Part shown: positions 17,918-28,372 of the stretch, piece after piece
Numbering within the stretch: position 1 is the stretch's first letter
Layout of the letters: each line of letters begins with the position of its first letter
Source of the DNA: an uncultured Acidobacteriota bacterium
GTDB lineage: Bacteria > Acidobacteriota > Thermoanaerobaculia > UBA5066 > Gp7-AA6
Reading direction: 5' to 3'
DNA length: 64,000 nt
Assembly: GCA_963804915.1 (NCBI GenBank)
Contig: CAWDSI010000006.1
Coordinates: 59,214-123,213, forward strand
Program-made: the position numbers and the translations under genes
Notes under the pieces: generated by a model
What the model saw: only the letters and a program-made list of their open reading frames with translations
Told to the model about the DNA's origin: nothing
Databases searched by the model: none

Positions 17918-20246
17918 TGCGCTACCTCATGCGTTCGACCTTCCTCGGTTTTGGACTCGCGCTGTCGCTCGGTGCCGCAAGCGGAGCGACCTTCACGGTC
18001 ACCAACACGAACGACTCCGGCGCCGGGTCGCTGCGCCAGGCCATCCTCGACTCCAACGCGGCCGCCGGCGCGGACACGATCGACTTCAACATCGCGGGCA
18101 GCGGGCCCTTCCAGATCCTGCCGGTCAGCGTCCTGCCGCCGCTGGCCGGCGGGACCACTCTCGACGCGACAACCCAGCCCGGCTACGCCGGCACGCCTCT
18201 GATCGTCATCTCCACCTTCACCGGCGCGGGGCTCCGGATGACGGGAACGGGCGGGAACACGATCCGTGGCGTCTGCGTCAACGACTTCTCCTCCGGCATC
18301 CAGATCGAGTCGAATGACAACGTCTTGGAAGCCTGCTTCCTCGGCACGGATCCCACGGGCGCGATCGCGGTGCCGAACGGAGTGGGCGTCGTTCTCACGT
18401 CCGGCGTGACCGGCAACGTGATCGGCGGCTCCGCCGCGGGCGCCCGGAATCTCATCAGCGGCAACACCGCCGGCATCCAGTCGACGGGCGGCGGGGCGAC
18501 CGTCATCCAGGGCAACCTCATCGGAACGTCGATCACGGGCAACGCGCCGATTTCCAACGGCCGCGGCATCAGCCTGACGGGTACCACCGACTTTCTGATC
18601 GGGGGACCGGATCCCGGCCAGGGCAACGTCATCGCCGCAAGCACCGGCGAAGGCATCTTCATCGTCAACGGTAGCGGCTGCACGATCCAGGGAAACCGGA
18701 TCGGCACGAACGCGGCCGGGACGGAGGCGCTGCCGAACCAGTACGGTATCTACGCCAACTTTCATCCGGGTCTTCTCATCGGCGGGGACTTCAACGCCGG
18801 CGAGGGCAACCTGATCTCCGCAAACACCGAAGATGGGATCTTCATCAACAACAGCTCCGGTTCGATCGTGAAAGGCAACACGATCGGCACGGACCCCGCG
18901 GCCACGCAACCGCTCGGAAACGGCAACGCGGGCATCCAGCTGTATGTGGAGGCGACCGACGCGCTCGTCGGCGGAGTCGCCGCCGGCGAGGCGAACGCGA
19001 TCGCGTGGAACCACACCGGCGTGCTGAACTACGGCCTCCACAACGCGATCCGCGCCAATCCGATCTTCTTCAATCAGGGGCCGGGGATCGACAACGACGG
19101 GGACGGCGTCACCAAGAACGACGCTGGCGACGGCGACACGGGCCCGAACGATCTCCAGAACTTCCCGCTGATCTCGTCGGTGGACTACGGCGCGACGAAC
19201 CTCACGGTGCACGGAATCCTCAAGACGACCCCGAATACGACGTTTGACATCGACGTCTTCGAGAGCCCCTCATGCACGCCGCGCCCGCGGCAGCTGCTGC
19301 AGAGCGCGTACTATCTCGGCTCGACGCAGATCACCACCGACGGCGCGGGCAATGCCCCGTTCGACATCGTGATGAACGACGCGAACGCCCCCCAGCACCC
19401 GCCGATCTCGCTGACGGCGACGAATCCCTCGGGCAACACCTCCGAGTTCTCGCAGAAGGTCCTCTACGCGTCCAGCCCACGCTCGGGACCGCCGGCGGGA
19501 GGCGTGATCGTGAACCTCACGGGGACCCACTTCGTTGCGGGCGCGACGGTCACCTTCAACGGTGTCGCGGGCTCGAGTCCGTCCGTGACGGACGAGACCA
19601 CGATGACCGTCACGGCCCCGCTTCTGCCCGCCGCGACCGTCAACGACATCCAGGTCACGAACACCGACGGCACATCCGGCCTCCTCGAGAAAGCCTGGAT
19701 CGTGGACTTCCTGGACGAGCCAGCGAACGAGCAGTTCTACAACTTCGTGACCACTCTCGTCTCGAACGCGATCACGGTCGGCGTCGGCAGCAGCCTGTAC
19801 GGCACGAACGATCCGACCCTCCGCCAGCAGATGGCCGTGTTCCTCCTCAAGGGCCGTCACGGCATCTGCTACGTGCCGCCTCCGTGCACCGGGACCTTCT
19901 CCGACGTTCCCTGCCCGTCCGAGTTCGCGAACTGGATCGAGCGCTCGCGGCCGAAGGAATCACCGGCGGATGCGGCAACGGCATCTACTGCCCGCAGAAC
20001 CCCGTGCGACGCGACCAGATGGCCGTTTTCCTGCTGAAGGCCAAGCACGGCCCGAGCTACACGCCGCCTCCGTGCAGCGGGGACTTTCCCGATGTTCCCT
20101 GCCCGTCCCAGTTCGCGAACTGGATCGAACAGCTCGCCGCCGAGGGAATCACCGGCGGATGCGGCAACGGCAATTACTGTCCCCTCAACCCCAATACCCG
20201 CGGACAGATGGCCGTGTTCCTCGTGAAGACCTTCGACCTCGAATAG
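17917..20246 (+). CDS. Secreted CSLREA-domain beta-helix protein with IPT/TIG and three SLH repeats (CSLREA paralog 2). One missing base near 19940.
   Basis: MRYLMRSTFLGFGLALSLGAASGATFTVTNTNDSGAGSLRQAILDSNAAAGADTIDFNIAGSG, beta-helix turns, ...SPSGNTSEFSQ, IPT, then SLH repeats. After FANWIE the frame moves to 0, giving [17 protein letters not shown]...[19 protein letters not shown] with TAG at 20244-20246. Confidence 0.75.
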
Positions 20247-20264
20247 CGCGGACCTTAATCTCTG

Positions 20265-20334
20265 CCCGCCGGAGGGGGGCGAACCGGACTTCCCTCCAGA
20301 CCGAGCCCTCCCCCGGCGGGCCTTTTTCCCTTTC
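20265..20334 (+). terminator. Candidate Rho-independent terminator after CSLREA paralog 2.
   Basis: CCCGCCGGAGGGGGG (20265-20279) pairs imperfectly with CCCTCCCCCGGCGGG (20306-20320), and CCTTTTTCC follows. The loop is long and the stem has mismatches, so this is tentative. Confidence 0.4.
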
Positions 20335-20387
20335 CGGGCTGATCCCGTCGGCTCTCGTCCTGCGCGTGTTGTTCGGAGGGAAACACC

Positions 20388-21540
20388 ATGCGCCAATTCC
20401 TCGCCTCGCTGGGGGGGTACCTGCTCCTGTCGGCAGCCTTGTCGGCCGCGCCCTGCACGCCCTCCTCGACCGTCCTCTGCCTGAACGATTCCCGCTTCGA
20501 GGTCGAGGTCTCTTGGCGAGACTCCCGGGGCCGCACCGGCGTCGGCCAGGCCAAGACCATCACCGCCGACACCGGCTATTTCTGGTTCTTCTCGGAGACC
20601 AACATCGAGCTCGTCATCAAGGTCCTCGACGCCCGCTCGATCAACGAGAAATACTGGGTCTTCTTCGGGGCGCTCTCCAGCGTCGAGTTCGACCTGACGG
20701 TGACGGACACCGTGACCGGCGCCGTGAAGACGTACCACAACCCCCTCGGCCAGTTCGCAAGCGTCGGGGACACCGGTGCGTTCGATCCCGGAGTCACGGC
20801 ACCGAGCCGCGAGATCGTCACCTCCGAGGGCGCTCCCGCGCCACCCGCCTCGATCGAGGTCCATCCAGAAGTTCATCGATGCGGCGTCTGCCTCGGCTCC
20901 CGCGGCCGCCGTCTTCACGCCGTGCTCCGAGCGGCCGTACGGCTTCAACCTCAACGACTGCCGATTTCACGTCTCTGTGGACTGGAAGGACTCACGCGGC
21001 CGGGACGGAACCGGCCAGCCCGTCCAGCTCACCAACGACACGGGCTACTTCTGGTTCTTCTCGCCGGACAACGTCGAGCTGATGGTCAAGGTCCTCGATG
21101 CGCGGTCGGTCAACGGCAACTTCTGGGTGTTCTTCGGCGCGCTATCGAGCGTGGAGTTCACGCTGCGCGTACTCGACACATCGAGCGGGAGCCTCGAAGA
21201 CTTACCGAAATCCCCTGTCGCAACTTCGCCTCCGTCGGCGACACGGCGGCGTTCCGCGGAGGGCGGAGCGTGCATCCCGTCCGGACCGCGACCGCTTCGC
21301 GCGGTCGTCCGGCACCTGTTGTTCGCCGCCACGGGGGAATCGCTTTCGGCGACCGCGGCCGACGATCACGTGTCTTCCCGGCTCGACGATGTCTCCGGAG
21401 GCTCGCTCGCCGAGGACGAGACCGTGACGATGACGCCGGTCCGGCTCGATCGGGCAGTTCCCCTTCGCCGGCGGACTCGTGCTGGCGTCGATACCCGAGC
21501 CGGACGGAGTTTCGTGCTCTGGAGGGCGGCGACGCCTGAT
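20388..21540 (+). CDS. Secreted hypothetical protein with two tandem copies of a ~120-aa domain of unknown function. It has at least three frameshifts and its 3' end is uncertain.
   Basis: Signal peptide MRQFLASLGGYLLLSAALSAA, then repeat 1, CLNDSRFEVEVSWRDSRGRTGVGQAKTITADTGYFWFFSETNIELVIKVLDARSINEKYWVFFGALSSVEFDLTVTDTVTGAVKTYHNPLGQFASVGDTGAF (frame 20388). Repeat 2, CSERPYGFNLNDCRFHVSVDWKDSRGRDGTGQPVQLTNDTGYFWFFSPDNVELMVKVLDARSVNGNFWVFFGALSSVEFTLRVLDTSSGS (frame 20776), continues as KTYRNPLSQ (frame 21098) and then FASVGDTAAF (frame 20388). Confidence 0.4.
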
Positions 21541-21851
21541 CGATTCACACCCCGTCTCCCCTCGCTCGGACGCTCCGAACGAGACTCGCCCGGGGGCCCT
21601 GGTCAATCCGGATCGGGCGAAGTGACTTCTCCACTTCAGGCCCTGAGCCGGTACGGCTCGCGGGACCTCACGAGCCTCGAAGATCTTCCCCGGCCTCGGA
21701 AGCGCTACGTGCGAGTTCGCCCAGGTCAAGCACGCGTCATCCTCCGCTCGCAGTTCACGCGGTTATTCAAAGAGGGGCCTACGGACAGACATCCGTCGCA
21801 CGCATCTCGAGGGATCCTGCTGCTCTGCATCGAGATCTGAGCAACTGCCAG

Positions 21852-22613
21852 TTGAAGGCCCTCGAGCGCTGCGTTGCTCGAAACGACCCCTATGAAGCGG
21901 TGCTCATGATCTACATTGCCCGGCAGCTCCAGCAATTCGGGGTCGAGGACCCCATCCTGACTACCCTCGTCGAGGGAGGCGTCATCGAGTCCTGCCTGCG
22001 GTTCGAGCTCGACATCGAAAGCAAGTTCACGGGAGCGTCCTACGGTTTGGAGGAGCGTCTGAAGTTTCGTGCCGGGCACGTGCCGCTTCGAATGCAGGCC
22101 TACGGAAACGCCTACGCGCCCTCGACTGCCTGGGACGGCGGGTGCACACTTCTGCCCGAGATCGCAGAGGTCCAACCCCCTCGCGGCGGGTGTTCGGTGG
22201 CGTGCACGCCGTCGAACGGCCGGACGGAGGTCTTTGCGTTGACGTTTGACGGGCTCGCCGACTTCGATCCGTCGAATACGAAGGTCCTCATGTTCTACGA
22301 TCCAGGAACCCCGCCGGTGACGGCCCTCCTGACCTGTCCGCCGGACCCGCCATCCTCTTTGCCGATTCCCCAGTTCAAAGACCTCTTCCTGGCCTTTCAC
22401 GCCGACGAACGAGTCGAGAACACCTTCGGGGCGACGGGCTACTACGCGAAGAATTGGTCCTTGCTGCGTTCAGGCCCGGGGCCGAGCCAAAACGGCGAGT
22501 TCTTTGCCAAGAAGAGCTACGAGCGGTCGTTCGGAGACGATGCAACGGCGACCGAGGAGACCTGGTTGTTCCTCAAGCACACGCCCAACGCACCGATGCC
22601 CGATTGCCCCTGA
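21852..22613 (+). CDS. Hypothetical protein in a local low-GC (about 60%) island. It may use a TTG/alternative start upstream.
   Basis: Intact 253-aa ORF with protein-like composition, not Arg-rich, and no recognisable motif. GC is clearly lower than the flanks. The antisense ORF 21726..22400 is an artefact. Confidence 0.5.
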   Translation: MKALERCVARNDPYEAVLMIYIARQLQQFGVEDPILTTLVEGGVIESCLRFELDIESKFTGASYGLEERLKFRAGHVPLRMQAYGNAYAPSTAWDGGCTLLPEIAEVQPPRGGCSVACTPSNGRTEVFALTFDGLADFDPSNTKVLMFYDPGTPPVTALLTCPPDPPSSLPIPQFKDLFLAFHADERVENTFGATGYYAKNWSLLRSGPGPSQNGEFFAKKSYERSFGDDATATEETWLFLKHTPNAPMPDCP

Positions 22614-23160
22614 TCAGCCACCAAGCTCCGCACGTCGGCGCATGCCGCGCAGCAGCGCCCGACGGATGAGGCCGGAGAACGGGCCGACGAAGGTCCAGTA
22701 GAGGCGGAACTTCCGCCGGGCTGCGGGGCCGAAGTAGTGGATGCGGGTCTCGGTCGACAGGACGCTTGTCTCGCCGTCCGCCGACTCGACCCGCAGATTC
22801 CAGGCGCCCTTGACGCAGCCGTCTTCGGCGAAGGCGACGAACGCGTCGCGGTCGGCGAGCGGCCGCAGGCCTCCGTCCGGCCGCCAGAACTGGCCGGCGA
22901 TGCCGAAGACGATCTCGCGCTCCGGGATCTCGTCCAGCTTCGTGAAGCCGAAGCGGACCGAGCCTTTCGGGGAACGTCCCGGTGCTCTTGCGGAACGCGC
23001 GGCCGCCGTAGCCGCGCAGGAACAGAAGGATCTTCGTGATCGGCGAGGAGCCGAGATCCTGTTCGAGCAGCGCCTGCCAGACGCGCTCGGGAGTCGCGCG
23101 CGATCCGGATCTCGTGGCGGGAGAGGCGCTCGCCCTCCGGGAAAACTCTGTCGAGCGCCG
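22614..23160 (-). CDS. Hypothetical SRPBCC-like protein with at least two frameshifts. The start is uncertain.
   Basis: The minus strand pieces together as ...HEIRIARDSRAR | VWQALLEQDLGSSPITKILLFLRGYGGRAFRKSTGTFPE | FGFTKLDEIPEREIVFGIAGQFWRPDGGLRPLADRDAFVAFAEDGCVKGAWNLRVESADGETSVLSTETRIHYFGPAARRKFRLYWTFVGPFSGLIRRALLRGMRRRAELGG*. The stop abuts the stop of the plus-strand gene. Confidence 0.35.
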
Positions 23161-23166
23161 TCGGTG

Positions 23167-24615
23167 TCAGGAGGCCACGAGCGCCTGCGGCGGAGCGCTC
23201 CGGAGCGGGGCGATGCGCTGCGCCTCTTCGTGCTCCTTCATGTACGCCTGCGCCTTCATCATGCGCTGCGTGCGCATGAGCACGCGCGTGAGGTACGGGA
23301 TCTGCGCCGGCTTGACCTGCCGCATCCACTCGATCCAGCTCTTCTCGCCGGAGGTGTTGAGGATCGAGCGGCGCCAGGTCTCGGCGTAGAGCTCGAAGAA
23401 GCGCTGCGCGCCGAGGCGCGGCTCCCACAGGACGTGGTGCATGTCGTACTTGAACCAGGGCTGGCCTTCGAGGATCGGCGCGAGCTTCTGGAAGAGCTCG
23501 GTGCCGGGAAGGGGCGTCAGGATCGTGTAGCCCGCGCGCTGGAAGCCCTGGGTCGCGACGAAGTCCCAGAGCTCCGCGGAACTGCGCCTCGTCCCAGTCG
23601 GGATCCACGAGGAAGTTGCCGGTCACGCCGTAGCCCAGCGAGCGCGCGATCCGCGCCGCCTCGATCGACGCCCCGACGCCCGTGTCCTTGGTGACGCTCG
23701 CGAGGCCCGCGTCGGATGCGGCCTCGAGGCCGAAGAAGATGTCGAAGTCCTTCGCGATCGGCCGCCACTCCTCGAGGAGATCGGCGCTGCCGGCAGACGA
23801 GGTCCGTGCGCGTCTGGACGAGGATCCAGCGCTTCCGCACGCCCCGGCCTTCAGAGCGCGGCGCGAGCTCGAGGCTGCGCTCGGGATGGTTCCAGAAGAG
23901 GTCGTCGGCGATGAAGAGGGAGTCGCCCGACCGCTCGAAGTCGTCGACGACGGCGCCGACGGAGCGCTCGCGGAACGACCGGCCGTAGAGCTGCCAGACC
24001 GAGCAGAAGCTGCAGCGGAACGGGCAGCCGCGCGCGGTCTCGATCAGCCAGACGGGCTTGAAGAGCAGGCAGTGGTAGCGGTTGCGGTCGCGCTCGACGA
24101 GGTCGCGGGCGGGCAGCGGGATCTCGTCGAGCCCGGTCCGCTCCTCGAGCGGCGCGCGTCGAGATCCAGCCATCCCGGCGTCTTGAGCCGGAGCGCGGGC
24201 ACCTCGGACAGCGGCCGGCCCGCGGCCAGCGCGTCGGCCACGGCGGGCACGACTTCTTCGCCGTCGTCGACACAGATGGCGTCGATCTCGGGCGCTTCGA
24301 GCGGCCCCGGGAAGGCCGCGGCCGCGTGCCCGCCGACGAGGATGAACGCATCGGGGACGACGCGGCGGATCTCCCGCGCCGTCTCGATGACCCGGTCGTA
24401 CTCGAGCGCGTGCATGCAGGAGATGCCGACCAGGCGCGGCCGCGTCCGCCGCGATCCAGGCGCGCACGCTGTGGCCGAAGCGCAGGTCCACGATCGTCGG
24501 CTCATGGCCGCGCGCGCGAAGCGCCGACGGCGACGTACTCGAGGCCCAGCGGCTCGACGCGAAAGAAAGGCCCGAGCCCGAATCGTTCGTTGCCGGGGTC
24601 CGGGCGGATCAGGAG
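23167..24615 (-). CDS. B12-binding-domain radical SAM protein with at least four frameshifts.
   Basis: MNVLLIRPDPGNERFGLGPFFRVEPLGLEYVA is a canonical B12-rSAM N-terminus. The B12 domain is LVGISCMHALEYDRVIETAREIRRVVPDAFILVGGHAAA. The radical SAM site is LIETARGCPFRCSFCSVW (CxxxCxxC). The C-terminus is MHHVLWEPRLGAQRFFELYAETWRRSIL...QALVAS*. The pieces are spread over ORFs 24502..24741, 24044..24877, 23517..24491 and 23167..23442. Confidence 0.65.
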
Positions 24616-25635
24616 GACGTTCATGGCAGGAGGCTTGGATTGTAAACTCTTCACACGCATGGGAGAAACCGCGCCGATCGCCCCGCCGGCGCCGCCGCGC
24701 GGGCGCAAGAAGTGGGTCAGCCACGGTCTCTCGAACCGCATCGTCTACGGCGGCCTGCACTACGGCGCCCGCTGGCTGCCCGATGTCGGTGCTGAACGCC
24801 ATCAACCTCGTCGGAAACGGCCTCGCCGTCACCTTCCTGAGCCGGACGAAGGCCGGGATGCGCGACAACTTCCGCATGGCCCTCGGCGTTTCGGAGCCGG
24901 AAGCGGAGACGCTCGCCCGCCGTCAGTTCTTCGAGTACGGCCGCCACACGATCGACGTCTGGAGGCTGCGAAGCGAGGCGTTCGTGCCGCGCGATCACGA
25001 CGTTCGTCGAGGACGCCCGGATTCTCGAGCGTGTCCGCCGCGGGGGCCGAGGCTTCCTGCTCGTCACCGGACACGTCGGCAACTGGGAGATGGGCGCCGT
25101 CACGCTCCGCGCGCCACGATCTCGTCCCGGCGGTCGTGGGCCAGCCGGAGCTCGACCCGAACGTGCAGGAGATGCGGCAGCAGCTGCGCGAGCGGCTCGG
25201 CGTCGAGTCCATCGACATCGGCTCCTCGATGTCGACGGCGTTCCGGGTCCGGACGGCCGTCGAGAACGGCCGCGCCGTCGCGCTGCTCGTCGACCGGGCC
25301 TATCCGGAGGACGAGGTCATCGTGCCGTTCTTCGGCCGGCCGACGCCGTTCCTGCGCTCACCGGCGCTGCTGGCGCGATTCTGCGGCTGCGAGATCCTGC
25401 CGGGCTTCTTCCTGCGACACCCCGACGGCAGCTACTTCAACGTCTGGGGCGAGCCGCTCTCGGCCGATCCGCGCGCTCTCCCCCGACGAGGACGCCGCGC
25501 CGGGTCATGACGCGCGTCGCCGCGGACCTCGAGCGCGTGATCCGCTCGCACCCGACGCAGTGGTTCAACTTCTACCGGTTCTGGGACGTGTCTCGCGATC
25601 CGGGCGGGCCGCCGGGCGTTCCCACTTGCCGTAGA
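24614..25635 (+). CDS. LpxL/HtrB-family lipid A-type (lysophospholipid) acyltransferase (PF03279-like) with several frameshifts. The end is approximate.
   Basis: AGGAGG (24603-24608) sits 6 nt before the ATG at 24614. Pieces: NLVGNGLAVTFLSRTKAGMRDNFRMALGVSEPEAETLARRQFFEYGRHTIDVWRL, GFLLVTGHVGNWEMGAV (the H-x4-D/E-like HVGNWE acyltransferase motif), VDRAYPEDEVIVPFFGRPTPFLRSPALLARFCGCEILPGFFLRHPDGSYFNVWGEPL, and the C-terminus ERVIRSHPTQWFNFYRFWD. The ATG overlaps the CAT of the divergent B12-rSAM start (CATG). Confidence 0.65.
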
Positions 25636-26810
25636 CGAAGTTTCCGCAGCAGCGCGCGCAGATCGGGAGCGGCTCCTTCGCGAGCTTGGCGCGGAACCGC
25701 GCCGCCTTCTCCCCCGTCCAGATGTCGCGGAACGCCTGCGTGCGGACGTTGCCCGATGAAGTAGTCCGGAAAGTCGCCGCAGAAGCAGACCTCGCCGTCG
25801 GGCTCGACCTGCGCGAAGTACCACGCGACCGGGCACATCTCGTGGCCGAAGGTCTCGTTGAAGTTGGAGAAGTACTCCGGGACGCGAGCGGCCGGAACGT
25901 CCGGAACGAACGACGTCCACGGACGCCCGAGGCTCGAGTCGACGAAACGGCGGCGGCGCAGAGCCCTTCAGGAGCCGGACGAGCTCGGTCATCTGCGCTT
26001 CCCGGGTCCCGACCGCGGATGCCGAGTCGAACTCGAACCCCTTCCAGGACGTCGCCGTCGACGCCGAGGTCTTCCCGCATCACCCGCTCGTACTCGGCGC
26101 CCACGCTTTCCGGGATGAACCAGCGCAGGCCCACGTTGATCGTGTCGAGCGGCAGGTGGCGCAGCGCCTCGACGGCGGCGCCGATGGCCTCCAGGTTCAG
26201 CTCCGTCACCGGCAGGATCGCGATCACCATCGGCAGCGTGCGCGACCAAGCTTCTTCCGCCAGTGCGCGATGGCGCGGATCCCCGCTGCGGCCTTCGCGA
26301 AGCTGTCGGAACGTCCCCGGATCCGGTCGTGGACGTCCGGCGGCCCGTCGATCGAGACGGCGATCGAGTCGATGCCGATCTCGACGAGCTCCCGGGCGAG
26401 GGCTTCGAGCCGTCCCCCGTTGGTGATCACGGTGCACGTCAGGCCCGCGGCGCTTGATCTCGGCGATCAGCGGGCACGATGTCCGGATAGAGGAACGGCT
26501 CTCCGCCGAAGAGACTGACGATCGGGTTCCACGGCGCGATCTCGTCGAGCAGCCGGACGTAGTCCGAGAGGGCGAGCTGGCGCTTGGCGCCGATCAGCTC
26601 CAGGATCCGGGCGCGCTCGAGGGCGCCGTCGGTCGGGGCCGCCGCCCGACTGCGACCGGAAGATGCCGGTGTCGCCCCACTGCCCGCACATCTTGCAGCG
26701 CAGGTTGCAGAGGTTCGTGACGCGCAGCTGCACGAAGGTCGGCATCGGCAGGTTCGACGCGGATCGGGGGCGGCGAGGTGCGCCATCACCTCGCGCCGCC
26801 CCTCCGCCAT
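25565..26810 (-). CDS. Radical SAM enzyme with a C-terminal SPASM-like Cys-rich domain. Several frameshifts. The start could be 26810 or 26867.
   Basis: VQLRVTNLCNLRCKMCGQWG (CxxxCxxC), IVSLFGGEPFLYPDI, ITNGGRLEALARELVEIGIDSIAVSIDGPPDVHDRIRG, TLPMVIAILPVTELNLEAIGAAVE, and a C-terminal Cys cluster CPVAWYFAQVEPDGEVCFCGDFPDYF...PICARCCGNFVYGKW. Spread over ORFs 26439..26867, 26467..26745, 26224..26430, 25565..26437 and 25572..25838. Confidence 0.6.
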
Positions 26811-26877
26811 GCGGCCGAGGTGCCGCCGCGCGAAACCCGAAAGCGCCAGACCGCGGCGATAGCTCATGGACGGACCG

Positions 26878-28299
26878 TTACCGGCTGTAGAGGTCGATCA
26901 CGCGCGCGAGGCGCCCGCCGGCAGACGGCGCAGAACGGGACTTCGTCGCGGGTGAACATGATGCAGTCGTCCTGCGGCCGGTAGTAGCCCTTGGCCTCGT
27001 ACAGCGCGCCCTCGAACGCGCCGACCTTCCCGGCGTACTGGTCGGTCCCGAGCAGCTTCGTCTCGAAGACCTGCTCTTCCTGGAAGAGCTTGTCCATCTC
27101 CTCCTCCGGAGCCGTTCGCCGCGCGGATCTCGCGCCGCTTCGCTCTGGAACTCCCGCGAGGCCTTCTCGAACTCCTCCTTCTTCCAGGGCGTCGGGATGG
27201 GCGTCCCCGGCGTCACGAGGTCCTTCCACTTGAGATTCGCCGGATCCAGCAGCGCCGTGACGTTCGTCTTCCCACGGCTCGGTGCGCGCGGCGGGCGCCG
27301 ACTCGAAGGACACGGGCGAGGTGTAGTACTCGTCGGCGAGGGCGGCGAAGTGGTGGCCGAACTCGTGGACGAAGACGTACGGCGCCCAGAGGCTGTCCGC
27401 CGCCACGGTGCCGTACTGGCCGAAGATGCCGCCGCCTCCGTAGGTCCGGGAGTTCGTCAGGATCTCGACGAACTCGTAGGGAGCGAACGAGGCCACGTCG
27501 CGGAACGAGCGGTTGTCGAAGGTCAGGATGTAGCGCTCGCTGCCGAACGCGTCGTACGAGGCGCCGATCCGCGTGCGGCGATGGATGCCCATCGAGGGAC
27601 GCGAGATCCCCGACTCCTCGGACGGAGGGCAGATGGCCCAGACGTTGAAATCTCCGCGGCGGCTCTTGAACGGCTCGACGGCGAAGAGAAGATCCGCCAG
27701 GCGACGCGCGTCCTTCTCGAACTTCCCGCGCTCCGCGGCCGTGTAGCCGTCGCCCAGGATCAGGAAGTCGACCTTCTGCGCCGGCTCTCCGTTCTTCTGG
27801 ATCTGGATCAGCGGACCGGGCGAGGCCGGAGCGGCCGTGTCGATGAAGACGTCCTTGGGATCGACGAGCAGCGACCAGATCTCGCGGAAGGCGTTCTCCG
27901 CGCCCCGCTTCTTCAGGGAGATCTGCACCGGAGCCTCGGGCGCCGGGAACCGCAGCGACTCGGAGAACGTGCGGCGCATCTCCTTCGCCTCGCCGGTCGT
28001 TTCCCATTCGCCGAAGACGGACGCGAACCCGCGGGAGTAGACGACGCGGTTCGACGCGCGGTCGATGACCTCGAAGAGGTACTTGCCGAGGTTCGTGTCG
28101 TCGATCGGCTGCTTGGGGTTTCCCGGCCAGGGAAGCGGCTCGAGCACGATGCGATCGAAGCTGAACAATTCGGCGTCGGCGTTGCCGGTGTGGAAGTAGT
28201 CCACCCGCATCGTCCGGGGTTGGGGCGCCGTCGGGCGGTCATGCGGGCCGTGGCCGGAACCTGAAGGAGAAGGGCGAGAAGAACGGCGGAGACATGCAT
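26878..28299 (-). CDS. Secreted peptidase family M64 (IgA-peptidase-like zinc metalloprotease) with several frameshifts.
   Basis: MHVSAVLLALLLQVPATA signal peptide, a frameshift near 28240, then TMRVDYFHTGNADAELF... The catalytic site is FVHEFGHHFAALADEYYTS (HExxH...ADEY, the M64 signature). The C-terminal pieces TPGTPIPTPWKKEEFEKASREF and FCAVCRRA | LARVIDLYSR* lie in other frames. Confidence 0.7.
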
Positions 28300-28372
28300 C
28301 CTCATAAAGCTGGCATATCCTACGCTCCTCGCCGATGAGCCGGGGGAACGCACTCTTTTCGAAGGGAAGCGC

